Virus record (IMG/VR): IMGVR_UViG_3300020577_005824
DNA: 64,000 nucleotides
Direction: 5' to 3' (one strand)
Source: an uncultured virus (IMG/VR IMGVR_UViG_3300020577_005824)
Taxonomy: Duplodnaviria; Heunggongvirae; Uroviricota; Caudoviricetes
In this document: piece by piece, positions 16,209 through 26,825 of the stretch
How positions within the stretch are numbered: the first letter of the stretch is position 1
Layout of the letters: each line of letters starts with the position of its first letter
Notes under the pieces: generated by a model
The model's database searches: none
Seen by the model: only the letters and a program-made list of their open reading frames with translations
What the model was told of the DNA's origin: nothing
Position numbers and translations under genes: made by a program

Positions 16209-19200
16209 ACAATAACGAAAATACAGGGCCTGTTAGCAAAAACCTACGGTCTGCAATAGTACGAGAAAATCACCTCGACTTTCTACACAATCTACACTTA
16301 CAAGGAATATCTGTAGGTATCGAAAATGTTAATAAGCTAAAAGAAAATGGATACATAAAGGAAGAAGTTAAGCAAATAACTCCTCCTGTATTCACGGACA
16401 ATATTAATCCATTTCACCTAGAAAATAACACAGAAGAGCAAAAAAAGGTAGATGCTAACATCGATATCGTAATAGAATCATCTCCAGAGGTAACGCAAAA
16501 AGCTTTCGAGATATTAACAGACATTGAACTAGAACATAGACGTAAAAGCCACGACCATATATTCGAAGGACGAGATACTGAAATAAACTCAGATGAATGG
16601 AAACCTAAAAGTACCATAGACCACGAACAAGATTTCATAGATTGGATAAACTCCATAAACCAACTAGGATTTCAAAATAAAGTACGATACAAGAAATTCT
16701 CCCTATACTGCCAACAAGCATATACGTGGCTGCAAGATAAAAAATCACACTCCGACTTCCTGGACGAAGATGAACTCATAGACTACGAAGATGAAGAAAT
16801 ACGCAGGTGCAACGAAAACTCACTATACCTTCTAAACAAATACGTTTGGTATAAAGAAGGTAACGTAGAAGAAGGAAAGGTTAAGTATATAGCAGCGCCA
16901 GCACATGAAGTACTCTGTTATATGAATGACTGCGGATATTCTATTGGATTAGCTAAAGGTCGTCAGATGGCAGCAACAACAACCATCATGTCACTGAATA
17001 TGAAAGATGTTATATTCAAGAAAAATCACTTTATGAAATTCGTTACCGAAGATGACGTAAAAGCTAAAGAGATATTCGAAGATAAGCTGAAATTCGCATT
17101 CTCAGAGATGCAATGGTGGTTAAAACCTAACGTAATTAATGAACGAGATAACCTATTTGCAACTGGTACAAAACCAGAAAAAGGTACTAAGGAAGGAGCC
17201 GGAGCAAGGATACTTGTAGTAGTACCAAAAAGAACAGCTATTGCAGGTGGTGCACCTCAGAAGGTAATGATTGACGAAGCTGGGAATATTCCGGTTCTAG
17301 GAGAAATGCTTAATAACATACGCCCTACCATGTTATTCGCTGATCCTAAGACAAGGAAAATCATTGTTAAACGTATTTTATGGTTTTGGGGTTGCGTATG
17401 TGCCGGAACAAAAGTGTGGACAAATGATGGCAGGTTAATAAATATAGAAGATTTAAAACAAGAAGAAGGTATCATTGGTTTTGATAAAGAAAAAGGATTG
17501 GCATCAAAAGAAAAAATTACATACTGGCAACCTCCATTTGAAAAACCATGCTATAGAATAACTACAAATAAAGGATCTAAATTAGAATGTAGTGATAATC
17601 ATCCAATATTAGCAAGGGTAAAAAAAGAAGATGGATATTTTAAGAAAAATGATTTCGTAGAAGCTAAAGACATAAAGGTTGGAGACCATCTTTCTATAAT
17701 CGATAGTGTTGAAATTTATGGAGAAAATAAAATGTGGGAACCAAGAGTTGTTGGATGGTTAATAGGAGATGGAACTTACGGAATAGATCACTCTCCAAGA
17801 ATGGCTAATTGCGACGACGAAATAAATGAATATCTGGAGAAAAATTTAGACGCAAGAGTATTATTATCAAGACTTACAATTGACGGAAGAACATATAAAG
17901 AAATAAGACTTAAAGGTGTTTGCGGAGAATTAAGAAAGTTAGGAATATACGGACAAACAAAACTAAAAAAGACGCTTCCTATAAATTCTCATTCTTATAC
18001 AAAAAGTGATATATGCGAACTTCTTGGAGGCATATTTGATACAGATGGATGCGTTCACTATAAAGAAAAAAGTACAAAACAAATAGACTTAACATCAAGC
18101 TCTGAAGCATTATTGACAGAGATTAAATTATTACTTATAAAACTTGGAATACACTGCAATATATCAAGAATAAAAGCCAATACATTAACAAACAAAAGAG
18201 ATAAAAACGATTGGTTTGTTTTATATATAGCAGATTCAAGAAGTATAAATAAATTTTACGAAAACATATCTTTTAAAATAAAATACAAGCAAGAAAGACT
18301 TGAAAGTATAGTAGAATCAATAAAATTAAGAAGAAGAAAAGTAGTTAAAGGAAGCGAAGGACTTAGATTTGAAACTGTAGTAAACGTAGAATATATTGGC
18401 ATAAAACCAGTATATAATTTAACAGCAGGTACCACTCACACATATATTGCAAACGGAATTGTAACTCACAATACCGGAGGACAGATGGAAAAAGGAGGTA
18501 AGTCATTCGAAGTAGAACTACTATCTCTATTCAAGCAATGGAACGAAGGAAACTACGGATCAGGAATAATACCTATATTCTTCAACTGGACATGCAGACC
18601 ATACGCTACTCAAGCAGATTACGACAGAGAAAGATTAATAGCGTACTCTAAATTAAATCAAGATGAAATAGAAGGACAAAAGGCAGTTACTGAGTTTCAC
18701 CAAACGTGGCCAAACAGCCTTTCAGATGTATTCATGGGGTCATCAAAAACGCTCGTGTCATCAGAATACATAGATAAAGCTTTACAGAGAATACAAAAGG
18801 CAAAAAAAGAACATAACTACCAACTTCACCAATCTGGATTTTTTGAGCCTATATTTGACTTTAATACTCCTACAGCAGAAGGTGCACACCAACCATATAA
18901 AATAATAGGAGCTAACTTCATACCTACATCAGACATCGACTCGCGCGCATCAACGACAATATTCATGCAGCCAGATAAAACGTGGCAAAATAGATACTTC
19001 AAAGGAACTGACCCTATCGATACAGACACCGGTTTATCAAACTTCGCATCTACAGTTTGGGATAAATGGTTTAAAACGCCAGTGGCAATTATGAACTGGC
19101 GTACACGAGACTATAAAGACGCTTTCATGCAATCTTTATTACTAAATCTATATTATGACACCTCAAAAGAACAAGAAGGAGTCTGGGAGCTTGTAGAGAG

Positions 19201-19669
19201 TAACAGAGGTACTTCATATACTCAGTATGTGGAAAATGCAGGATATGGTAAAAAATTCGTGTTAAACTACCAACTTCCACACGCTATACAAAACAGAACT
19301 ACAATAAATGAAGGTGTGGGGATAGATAATAAAGGAGTGAGAAATACCATGATCATAAACCATCTTCATAGTATGCTATCAGCATACGGAGATAAGATTT
19401 ATCTTGATATTATATTTGAGCAACTTAAAACTTTTGTTTGTAATGTTTCGGATAAAGGAAAAGAAATGTGGGGGCCAATGAACAAAAAGTATTTTAAAGA
19501 TGATACTTTATTCTCAACGGTTTTTTCATATATTTGTGCTGAACTATGTTTTTACGACACCGAACCAATTAATACTTTGAAGAAATCAAATGGATTCAGA
19601 ATAGAATACAAAATAGACTACGACAAGGATTATAGGCTAGTAAGAAGACCAATAAAAGTAGCTAACTGA
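16202..19669 (+). CDS. terL: terminase large subunit, intein-containing
   Basis: Walker A-like KGRQMAATT, Walker B VMIDEAG, G|TGG coupling motif, RNase H-like GTDPID...ESN...DD; lies before the portal. Confidence 0.9.
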   Translation: MVDNNENTGPVSKNLRSAIVRENHLDFLHNLHLQGISVGIENVNKLKENGYIKEEVKQITPPVFTDNINPFHLENNTEEQKKVDANIDIVIESSPEVTQKAFEILTDIELEHRRKSHDHIFEGRDTEINSDEWKPKSTIDHEQDFIDWINSINQLGFQNKVRYKKFSLYCQQAYTWLQDKKSHSDFLDEDELIDYEDEEIRRCNENSLYLLNKYVWYKEGNVEEGKVKYIAAPAHEVLCYMNDCGYSIGLAKGRQMAATTTIMSLNMKDVIFKKNHFMKFVTEDDVKAKEIFEDKLKFAFSEMQWWLKPNVINERDNLFATGTKPEKGTKEGAGARILVVVPKRTAIAGGAPQKVMIDEAGNIPVLGEMLNNIRPTMLFADPKTRKIIVKRILWFWGCVCAGTKVWTNDGRLINIEDLKQEEGIIGFDKEKGLASKEKITYWQPPFEKPCYRITTNKGSKLECSDNHPILARVKKEDGYFKKNDFVEAKDIKVGDHLSIIDSVEIYGENKMWEPRVVGWLIGDGTYGIDHSPRMANCDDEINEYLEKNLDARVLLSRLTIDGRTYKEIRLKGVCGELRKLGIYGQTKLKKTLPINSHSYTKSDICELLGGIFDTDGCVHYKEKSTKQIDLTSSSEALLTEIKLLLIKLGIHCNISRIKANTLTNKRDKNDWFVLYIADSRSINKFYENISFKIKYKQERLESIVESIKLRRRKVVKGSEGLRFETVVNVEYIGIKPVYNLTAGTTHTYIANGIVTHNTGGQMEKGGKSFEVELLSLFKQWNEGNYGSGIIPIFFNWTCRPYATQADYDRERLIAYSKLNQDEIEGQKAVTEFHQTWPNSLSDVFMGSSKTLVSSEYIDKALQRIQKAKKEHNYQLHQSGFFEPIFDFNTPTAEGAHQPYKIIGANFIPTSDIDSRASTTIFMQPDKTWQNRYFKGTDPIDTDTGLSNFASTVWDKWFKTPVAIMNWRTRDYKDAFMQSLLLNLYYDTSKEQEGVWELVESNRGTSYTQYVENAGYGKKFVLNYQLPHAIQNRTTINEGVGIDNKGVRNTMIINHLHSMLSAYGDKIYLDIIFEQLKTFVCNVSDKGKEMWGPMNKKYFKDDTLFSTVFSYICAELCFYDTEPINTLKKSNGFRIEYKIDYDKDYRLVRRPIKVAN
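17393..18472 (+). mobile_element. 360-aa intein with LAGLIDADG homing endonuclease
   Basis: C1 CVCAGTKV, block B SDNHPI, VVGWLIGDG and LLGGIFDTDG, VYNL...NGIVTHN|T. Confidence 0.93.
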
Positions 19670-20289
19670 TGCAAGAAAAACAAGAAGATAAAATATTACT
19701 TTACGGTCCAAAAACAGGTAAATCTTTACTTAGACTATATCCTGAACTAGCGGAAGAAAAAGTATTCAAGGACTTGTCTGCAGAAGACCTTAACTTCGCT
19801 TGGTATTGCGGAAATCCATCTTCTCCAATAGAAGAAGACACAGACGACTATATTAGGTTCAGAATGGCTGCTGGTGTTTGCATATTAAGCGCGGAAGAAA
19901 AGAAAAAACAATACGCCTCCGGAGCAATTCCAGATAACGTAAAAGCGGCAATCAATAAAATGAAGCTATACTCTCCTGACGCTAGGGCGCTAGCCAAGAA
20001 GATGACACAAAAAGCATTCCATACATACCAAAGATTATTAGATGTAGATGTAGATAAAGACTTTCTAGTAACAAGAAAAATAGGAAGAGGAGAAGATGCA
20101 GAAACAATTACTGAAATTGATTGGACTGGCAAAAAAAGTCATGCAGATACAGTTACTAAAATTTTATCAGAATTAGATAATTTAGTTAATAAAATGGAAC
20201 AAGGATACGGAATTACAGTAGATAAAAAAGGAAAAGATGAAAGCAAGATCAGAGGTATAGAAAGATTTCATAACACTAAAAAAGATTAA
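19669..20289 (+). CDS. hypothetical protein between terminase and portal
   Basis: translationally coupled ORF. Confidence 0.75.
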   Translation: MQEKQEDKILLYGPKTGKSLLRLYPELAEEKVFKDLSAEDLNFAWYCGNPSSPIEEDTDDYIRFRMAAGVCILSAEEKKKQYASGAIPDNVKAAINKMKLYSPDARALAKKMTQKAFHTYQRLLDVDVDKDFLVTRKIGRGEDAETITEIDWTGKKSHADTVTKILSELDNLVNKMEQGYGITVDKKGKDESKIRGIERFHNTKKD

Positions 20290-20292
20290 CAA

Positions 20293-22581
20293 ATGTTTTT
20301 TTTAATAGCAAACGGACAAGACAGACCAAGCATCCTTGATAAAAATAAAGATCAGGATTATCACGCTAAATACGCAAGATACTGCCTTGGTCAATCAAAC
20401 AATCAATATCAAAATGATTTTTTGTCCAACATACAATTAAACAAAAACTTCTACAAAGGAGACCAATGGATAGACACAGAGGATTTAGAGATATTCCTAA
20501 AAGACGAATCTAACCAAGACCGTAACCGTATTAAGGTTATTCATAACGTAATACGTCCAATGATTGAACAATACAGAGGAAATGCTATACGAATGAAGAT
20601 AAACTTCAGAGCAAAAAGCATTTCTCCTCAAGCAATCAATAGGCGTGAAACAAAACTCGCAGAAATGCAGTTTTATAGCAAAATAGCTAATACTCCAGGA
20701 AACCCATTCGCGGATGACCTAAAAGCAAACAAAGCTATCGGTGACAATGCAGCAGAAACATCATCTATATTTAGCAACTTATACATAGATAAATTCGTTG
20801 AAAAAATAAATTATCTATGTGAATATGTTTCAGAAAGAAATACATTCGAAGACAAACAAGTAAGACTAGCTGAAGAACTTGCTCTTAGTGGTCTTGCTGT
20901 AATGAAAACATTCGAGTATGCGGGACACCAAGAATTTAAAATTCAGCCATCAGATAACTTCTTCTTCGACAGAAGCGCAAAAGAATACGATTTATCAGAT
21001 GCTGGATTCATGGGTGACTTAACATACATGGAGCCATCAGAGATTTTTGAGCAATTTCAAGATATAGATGATGCATCGAGAACAGCGATAGAAAATTACT
21101 CTAAGCAATACCGAAAAATGGCAGTTGACTCATACGCAAACTCATCAGCTACAAAAAATACAATCGGCATGCAAAACTACTCCGGAAAAGTTCCAGTATA
21201 TACAGTATATTGGAAAGATGGAGAGTCGCATGAATACGGATATGTTAAAGACCAATTCGGATATCCATACTTCGCAAAAATAAACTACATTTTTGATGGA
21301 GACACAGAACCTAGATATACCGATAAAGACTTAATAAAAGTAAATACCGCAAGAGCTAAAAAATTACTTGGAGACAATCTTAAAACAAGAAACTACATTG
21401 ATGTTATCAGAATGACGACAATGATACCAAGAGAAGTACTTGCACTAGGAGCTAGAGACCTTGGTACAGACAATAAAAACAGCATGAAGGATGTTATGCT
21501 TGATTGGGGTATTGCTCCATATCAAGAAACTGAAAACATCGAATATCATACAGCTAAATTCCCATACAAATGCTACTGCTGGGGATATATCGATGGAGAA
21601 ATATTATCTCCGGTAGATGATGCTATTAATCCTCAACGCTTAGTGAATAGAATTTTATCGGTAGCAGAAAATCAAATATCAAACTCTCGTGGTTCAGGAA
21701 CCGTAATTGACAAAACAATGGTTCAAGACCAAAGTGAGGTGTTACGAAGAATGAATCGCTCTGAGCCAGTAATGATTGACGCTAGAGGTCGAGGAATACA
21801 AAACGCTATAGGCTCTTACGATACTACGATAAAAGCAGGGACGATGGGTATGTTTCAGATTATAGAAACATTAAAGAAGTTCACTCAAGATACATCCGGA
21901 ATAAACGAAGCTATCAAAGGTGAATCTACAGGATCAGACCAGCTTGTAGGGGTTACTGAATTAATGATACAAAGAGGTTCATTAATGCAAGAACCATTCT
22001 ATAATGCTATAACAATGATTTTCAAACAAGCTTTCCAATCAATTTGTACGGTAGGAAAACGTATATACGCTGACAATGAAAGAAATCTAAGTATTGCTGT
22101 TGGAGATGAGGGAATGGAGATGTTGACGATTACAAAAGACATGAAGCTAGAAGACTTCAGAATATTTGTTAAGCGTCAAAATGATGTAGAGATACTTATT
22201 AATGCAGGAAATCAAATGCTGATGCAGTTTTATCAATTACAGTTAATCGATAAAAAACGATTCTCTAACTTATGGGGAAGATCTACTCCTGACGAGATAT
22301 CTATGGCACTAAGAGCATCTGCTAAAGAAGAGGAGGAAATGCAACGAATGAACGAGAAAGCAGCAGCTCAACAAGCTGAAGAAATTAAAGCGCAAGCTGG
22401 ACAAGAGCAAGTTGCTCAACAAGACCAAGAACACGAAATGCAAGCAAGAGCAGATATTCAAAATCTAACAAATCAAAAAGCAGAAATGCATAAAGAAGCT
22501 GTTAAGGGACTAACAAAAATAGCTAGCGAAAATCCGGTTGCTCAAAACATGTTAATTAACAACGCGCAAAAAAATATGTAA
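20293..22581 (+). CDS. portal protein (P22/crAss-like)
   Basis: size, synteny, FYKGDQW, N.IRPMIEQ, Q-rich C-terminal coil. Confidence 0.85.
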   Translation: MFFLIANGQDRPSILDKNKDQDYHAKYARYCLGQSNNQYQNDFLSNIQLNKNFYKGDQWIDTEDLEIFLKDESNQDRNRIKVIHNVIRPMIEQYRGNAIRMKINFRAKSISPQAINRRETKLAEMQFYSKIANTPGNPFADDLKANKAIGDNAAETSSIFSNLYIDKFVEKINYLCEYVSERNTFEDKQVRLAEELALSGLAVMKTFEYAGHQEFKIQPSDNFFFDRSAKEYDLSDAGFMGDLTYMEPSEIFEQFQDIDDASRTAIENYSKQYRKMAVDSYANSSATKNTIGMQNYSGKVPVYTVYWKDGESHEYGYVKDQFGYPYFAKINYIFDGDTEPRYTDKDLIKVNTARAKKLLGDNLKTRNYIDVIRMTTMIPREVLALGARDLGTDNKNSMKDVMLDWGIAPYQETENIEYHTAKFPYKCYCWGYIDGEILSPVDDAINPQRLVNRILSVAENQISNSRGSGTVIDKTMVQDQSEVLRRMNRSEPVMIDARGRGIQNAIGSYDTTIKAGTMGMFQIIETLKKFTQDTSGINEAIKGESTGSDQLVGVTELMIQRGSLMQEPFYNAITMIFKQAFQSICTVGKRIYADNERNLSIAVGDEGMEMLTITKDMKLEDFRIFVKRQNDVEILINAGNQMLMQFYQLQLIDKKRFSNLWGRSTPDEISMALRASAKEEEEMQRMNEKAAAQQAEEIKAQAGQEQVAQQDQEHEMQARADIQNLTNQKAEMHKEAVKGLTKIASENPVAQNMLINNAQKNM

Positions 22582-22586
22582 AAAAA

Positions 22587-22650
22587 TTTGGAAGTTGTCT
22601 AAAAACAATTTAGATTTGCTTTATTATTTTTATTTAGACTAATTAAAAAT
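22587..22650 (+). promoter_or_regulatory. capsid operon promoter plus palindromic operator
   Basis: TTTG-N20-TAGATTTG, then ATTTAGACTAATTAAAAAT at 22632-22650. Confidence 0.55.
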
Positions 22651-22666
22651 AACAAAAATATACATA

Positions 22667-23860
22667 ATGGAGTCAGGAACAGAAACAGAAAAAGGAGCTG
22701 AAAACACAGAAGTTAATGAGCAAGAACAAGGTGGTGAACCATCTGAGATAGTAGGAGCATTAGGAGCGTTAAGCTCTTTTATAAATCCTAAAACTGCAGA
22801 AGAAATTCAAAACCTTAACAAAAAACCGGAAACACCAGCAACTAAAACTGATGATAAAAAAACCGGTGATGAAGGTGGCAAAAAAACAGAAGGAAAAGAA
22901 TCAACTGAAAAAAAACCAGAAGACAAAAATCCTGTAGTAAATGAACCAAAAAGTGTTTTAGGTTTAAACGTAAAAAAACAACAAAAAGCATCAGAAGCTT
23001 TAACAATTGAAAATCCTGAACAGATTTTAGATGTTGTAGAAAAAGACTTCGGGCAAAAATATAAAGGTATCGATGAGTTACCAAAGTTCTTTGAAAGTGC
23101 AAAAAAATGGAGAAACGATTCTCAAAACTATGAAAAAACGAAAGTCGAATACGACAACATCGTTAATATTTTAGAGAATACTCCTTCTGATATTTTAGAA
23201 GCAATTCAAAAATATCATAAAGGAGAAGATTATATGAAGGCCTTTGAAAATAGACCGGCATTTAATTTTGATCTTCCAGTAGATAAACAAAATATTGAAG
23301 AGTTGGTTAAACACTACTATCCAAACGAGTTCGCAGATGAGGACTTTAAGGAAGGTAACGAAACACCGGCACTAAAAATAGCAAAACAAGCATCCGTTGA
23401 TAAGTACAATTATACTAAATTGACTCGTGATAATGAACGTGCTACGAGAGAATCGAATGCTACTAAGCAATTAGAAAGCATAAAATCCTCAGTGAATGGT
23501 TCCGTTAATTATCTAAAACAATCCTTCCCTGATGCGGATCAAGATGTTATATCTGACATCTCGAAAACGTTAGAAGGTGGGATTCAAAAGGTAGCAGAGT
23601 TACTTTACAATAATGATGGAACAGCTAAGCCAGAAGCAGCAGAAATGCTGATGATGTTAAAGCATGGGAAGTCAGAAATATCAAGAATGATGCAAATTTC
23701 AGCAAATCAAGCAGAATCTCGTGCAAACGAAGAAATTGTTTCAAGAGGAGCTGATACAAAGAAACCAGTGAAAGCTGGGGCGATACCAGATAAGATTTCA
23801 GAAGGAGCGATGGAGCAAATAAAAGCTTTATCAACATTTAGACAAAAACAAACCTTTTAA
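22667..23860 (+). CDS. probable capsid scaffolding protein
   Basis: acidic disordered N-terminus, helical; between portal and capsid gene. Confidence 0.65.
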   Translation: MESGTETEKGAENTEVNEQEQGGEPSEIVGALGALSSFINPKTAEEIQNLNKKPETPATKTDDKKTGDEGGKKTEGKESTEKKPEDKNPVVNEPKSVLGLNVKKQQKASEALTIENPEQILDVVEKDFGQKYKGIDELPKFFESAKKWRNDSQNYEKTKVEYDNIVNILENTPSDILEAIQKYHKGEDYMKAFENRPAFNFDLPVDKQNIEELVKHYYPNEFADEDFKEGNETPALKIAKQASVDKYNYTKLTRDNERATRESNATKQLESIKSSVNGSVNYLKQSFPDADQDVISDISKTLEGGIQKVAELLYNNDGTAKPEAAEMLMMLKHGKSEISRMMQISANQAESRANEEIVSRGADTKKPVKAGAIPDKISEGAMEQIKALSTFRQKQTF

Positions 23861-23880
23861 TTAAAAAATCTTAAATAATT

Positions 23881-25155
23881 ATGTCACAACAAGCGTATCA
23901 ACCAGGTCTAGGTAACTTACCATTCGGTAATACCCCATTGAACCCTCAAGGTTCTAACTATGCTGCTAACTCAGGTTACACAACAGCAGAAACAATTTTA
24001 ATCGAAAAAGCTGTCAGAGAGGCCATCTTTGACGCTGCTCCTGAGCAGTATAAAGCTTTACGTTTAGTATTCGAAAAAGATTTCGTAGAATACAACAACG
24101 ATGAATTTGAATATTTAGAAAAAACTTTCGGGCGTTCAGCGTTAGAATGTAATGCGGTTGTAGCAGCAGTTCCAGCAGTAGCAGGCTCTGCAGTACAACA
24201 AGTAATTGCTTTCCAAGCAACATCTATTCCTCATGTAACCCTTGATTTAATCTTGGTGTATCCTGATGGAACAAAAGGTATTGTGAAATCAATTGCCGGT
24301 AATAACATTACTGTAGAATCTCAAACAAGTGTTGGTTTACCAGCAACAGCAGTAGGTGATATTTTCGCGATTCAATCAACTATCATCGCTGATGGTATGA
24401 ATAGCTTCTCTAACTACGAGAGAATGCAAACAATAACTCGTTACAACTACATTCAGTTCTTCTTACGAGCTGCTCGTTGGGCACGTATCGAGCGTCAGAA
24501 ACATATCAACTCAGGTAGAACAAACTACATGGAGCTTGACCAAAAAGAAAAAATGGATCAATTAAGAACTGATTTATTCGTTTCTTTCTTCAACGGTACT
24601 CGTGGTGAGTTCGCATTAGCGAATGGTCAACCAGCTAAATCAATGGGTGGCATCTTCCCTACAATGCAAGCTGCAGGGTCAATGTTCGGTACTCCTACAT
24701 TAGCAGGTTTACGCTCTCAATTCGAAACGTTAGCATTCAAAACTAACTATAAGAAAGAGGGTGGTGTTCGTATGATTTACGGTACAGATGAAATATTGTA
24801 CGCGTTATCATCTATATTCAAAGACCCAGGAACTCGTTATACTCCAAATGATCGTATCGCAGATATGAACTTAACAGAGTATAAAATCGGTAACATGCGT
24901 TTCGTTCCAGTAACTTGCGAGTTATTCAAAGAACCAGCTTGTTTCCCTAAAGAGTGGTCTCGTCGTTTATTAGTTTTAGACCAAGAAACAATTTCTCCAG
25001 TGAAAATGAAAGGAATTGAGTCTATGAACTCTGGAGCTACTTTAGATAAAGGACCTAACGGAACTCGCGAAGCATTCAAAGATTGGTATGTTGAAGCTAA
25101 CTTATCGTTACAATTCAACAACCCATTAGGATCTTTCTACTTAGACGTAGTATAG
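23881..25155 (+). CDS. major capsid protein (HK97 fold)
   Basis: 424 aa, synteny, YNYIQFF and MGGI motifs, strong codon bias, followed by a terminator. Confidence 0.85.
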   Translation: MSQQAYQPGLGNLPFGNTPLNPQGSNYAANSGYTTAETILIEKAVREAIFDAAPEQYKALRLVFEKDFVEYNNDEFEYLEKTFGRSALECNAVVAAVPAVAGSAVQQVIAFQATSIPHVTLDLILVYPDGTKGIVKSIAGNNITVESQTSVGLPATAVGDIFAIQSTIIADGMNSFSNYERMQTITRYNYIQFFLRAARWARIERQKHINSGRTNYMELDQKEKMDQLRTDLFVSFFNGTRGEFALANGQPAKSMGGIFPTMQAAGSMFGTPTLAGLRSQFETLAFKTNYKKEGGVRMIYGTDEILYALSSIFKDPGTRYTPNDRIADMNLTEYKIGNMRFVPVTCELFKEPACFPKEWSRRLLVLDQETISPVKMKGIESMNSGATLDKGPNGTREAFKDWYVEANLSLQFNNPLGSFYLDVV

Positions 25156-25166
25156 TGAATTAACTT

Positions 25167-25203
25167 AAAAAGAGGCAGGAACAAAGCCTGCCTCTTTTTT
25201 TTT
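25167..25203 (+). terminator. intrinsic terminator after the capsid gene
   Basis: AGAGGCAGG/CCTGCCTCT plus T-run. Confidence 0.85.
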
Positions 25204-25233
25204 ATTATAAAACCAAAAAAAAAGAAACAGATT

Positions 25234-26013
25234 ATGGCTCTGACAGAAGGAACAGAAAACAACAGAAACGAAAATCCAGATAAATTATCTCAATTAGAAG
25301 AACTGGTTAGAACTTTGCAAAAGCAGGTTTTAGACAATCAAAAAAATAACGGAAATCAACCTCAAGCGCAACAAGGAAATGTTGGGGGATTAAGTACAGA
25401 ACAGTTTCAAGTGTTCATGGATGCCGTTACCAATGTTAAAAAGAAAGATTTAGACTTCGAAGAAGGTGTTGATGAATCTCAAATTCCTATAGAAGACTTT
25501 GTTGAAGACGGTGTTCAGTTTTTCGTTCCAGCAACCGGATACGTTATGTCTTGTGATAGACGTAAGGGTAAAATAGTTAAGTTGCCATGGGGTAAGAAAA
25601 CGATTTTCTTCGAACATGAAGGAACAAGAAAAAGAGGGCAAGGTAAGTTCCAAGAGCTTTCAACAATCTCAAAATATACAAGTAATAGTGCAAAAGAAAT
25701 TGAGTGGATTAGAAATCATTCAATGTATGGTGTTTTGATATACGAAAATACTAATAATGCCATGAATGCCGATATGCTTAAAATTCAAAAATTAAGTAGG
25801 GTTATTAGCACATTAAGATCAGTTGAGCATATTGATTTATTAAAAATGTGTAAAAGTTATAATGTTCCTCAAAGTAATGATGCTAACGTTATGAGATATC
25901 AAATTGCACACGAAATGGTAAACAGAGAGCTTGAGGCAGAAGGATTAAGGACAAGTACTATGCTACAAATTTCAGCAAAAGAATCGCTCTTATCAGAAGC
26001 AAAAAATAAATAA
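25234..26013 (+). CDS. hypothetical morphogenesis protein
   Basis: 259-aa ORF after the capsid gene. Confidence 0.75.
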   Translation: MALTEGTENNRNENPDKLSQLEELVRTLQKQVLDNQKNNGNQPQAQQGNVGGLSTEQFQVFMDAVTNVKKKDLDFEEGVDESQIPIEDFVEDGVQFFVPATGYVMSCDRRKGKIVKLPWGKKTIFFEHEGTRKRGQGKFQELSTISKYTSNSAKEIEWIRNHSMYGVLIYENTNNAMNADMLKIQKLSRVISTLRSVEHIDLLKMCKSYNVPQSNDANVMRYQIAHEMVNRELEAEGLRTSTMLQISAKESLLSEAKNK

Positions 26014-26014
26014 T

Positions 26015-26046
26015 AAAAAAACCATCTTTTATAGATGGTTTTTTTT
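26015..26046 (+). terminator. intrinsic terminator
   Basis: AAACCATCT/AGATGGTTT plus T-run. Confidence 0.75.
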
Positions 26047-26060
26047 ATTATATTTGTATC

Positions 26061-26825
26061 ATGCCCATTCAGGTACAAAAAATACACGATGCAATGTTAG
26101 CTAAGCTAGACGCTGAAGGCAGCGATAGATACACATTTGCACAAGATACAAAGTTCGCGATAACAAGCGCTTTAGAAATTTTAATATCAATTTTTAATAG
26201 CGCTTTTGGTCAAAATAAATTAAGTCCAGAGTGTTTGAGGGAAATTACTAAAGTAAAAATTTGGCAACTTAATAATTACTCAAGATTCACTTACAATAAA
26301 TCAGATACTGGACATTCTCTTTGGACAGTTGTTGGAATATATCCAAAACCGATAACGAACAGAGGGGTGTCATCATCTCCAGTACCAGATAAATCAATGT
26401 CTAAATACAGATCTGATTTATCATTTATATCATCAGATAAATCATGCAAACGTTTAAGTTTAGAAGAATGGAATACAAATTCTAAAAACGTTTTCATGCC
26501 AGGAAACGAGATACTTAAAGGTGAACTTGTCGAGTATGCGTATCTTGATTTTGCGGATTACACATCTACATCTTATGTAGGAAATGCTGATAAGCAGGAG
26601 ATTCAAATAAGACCAAGCATACCAAATGAATTAGTTGCATTAGCGTATTTAAAGTATCCTAATACAATCAATTCTCTTAATGATAATATTGAGTTTCCTG
26701 AAAGCTTATCTACAATGATTACAGATATTGCATTGCATAATTTAGCGTATAAACAAGGTGACAATACTACGTTATATACAGTTAGCGACAGATCTATTTC
26801 ACAATTAGTAGGATTAATGAAATGA
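26061..26825 (+). CDS. head-tail adaptor / ring-like protein
   Basis: synteny; C-terminal YLKYP...EFPE..I.DIA pattern. Confidence 0.6.
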   Translation: MPIQVQKIHDAMLAKLDAEGSDRYTFAQDTKFAITSALEILISIFNSAFGQNKLSPECLREITKVKIWQLNNYSRFTYNKSDTGHSLWTVVGIYPKPITNRGVSSSPVPDKSMSKYRSDLSFISSDKSCKRLSLEEWNTNSKNVFMPGNEILKGELVEYAYLDFADYTSTSYVGNADKQEIQIRPSIPNELVALAYLKYPNTINSLNDNIEFPESLSTMITDIALHNLAYKQGDNTTLYTVSDRSISQLVGLMK

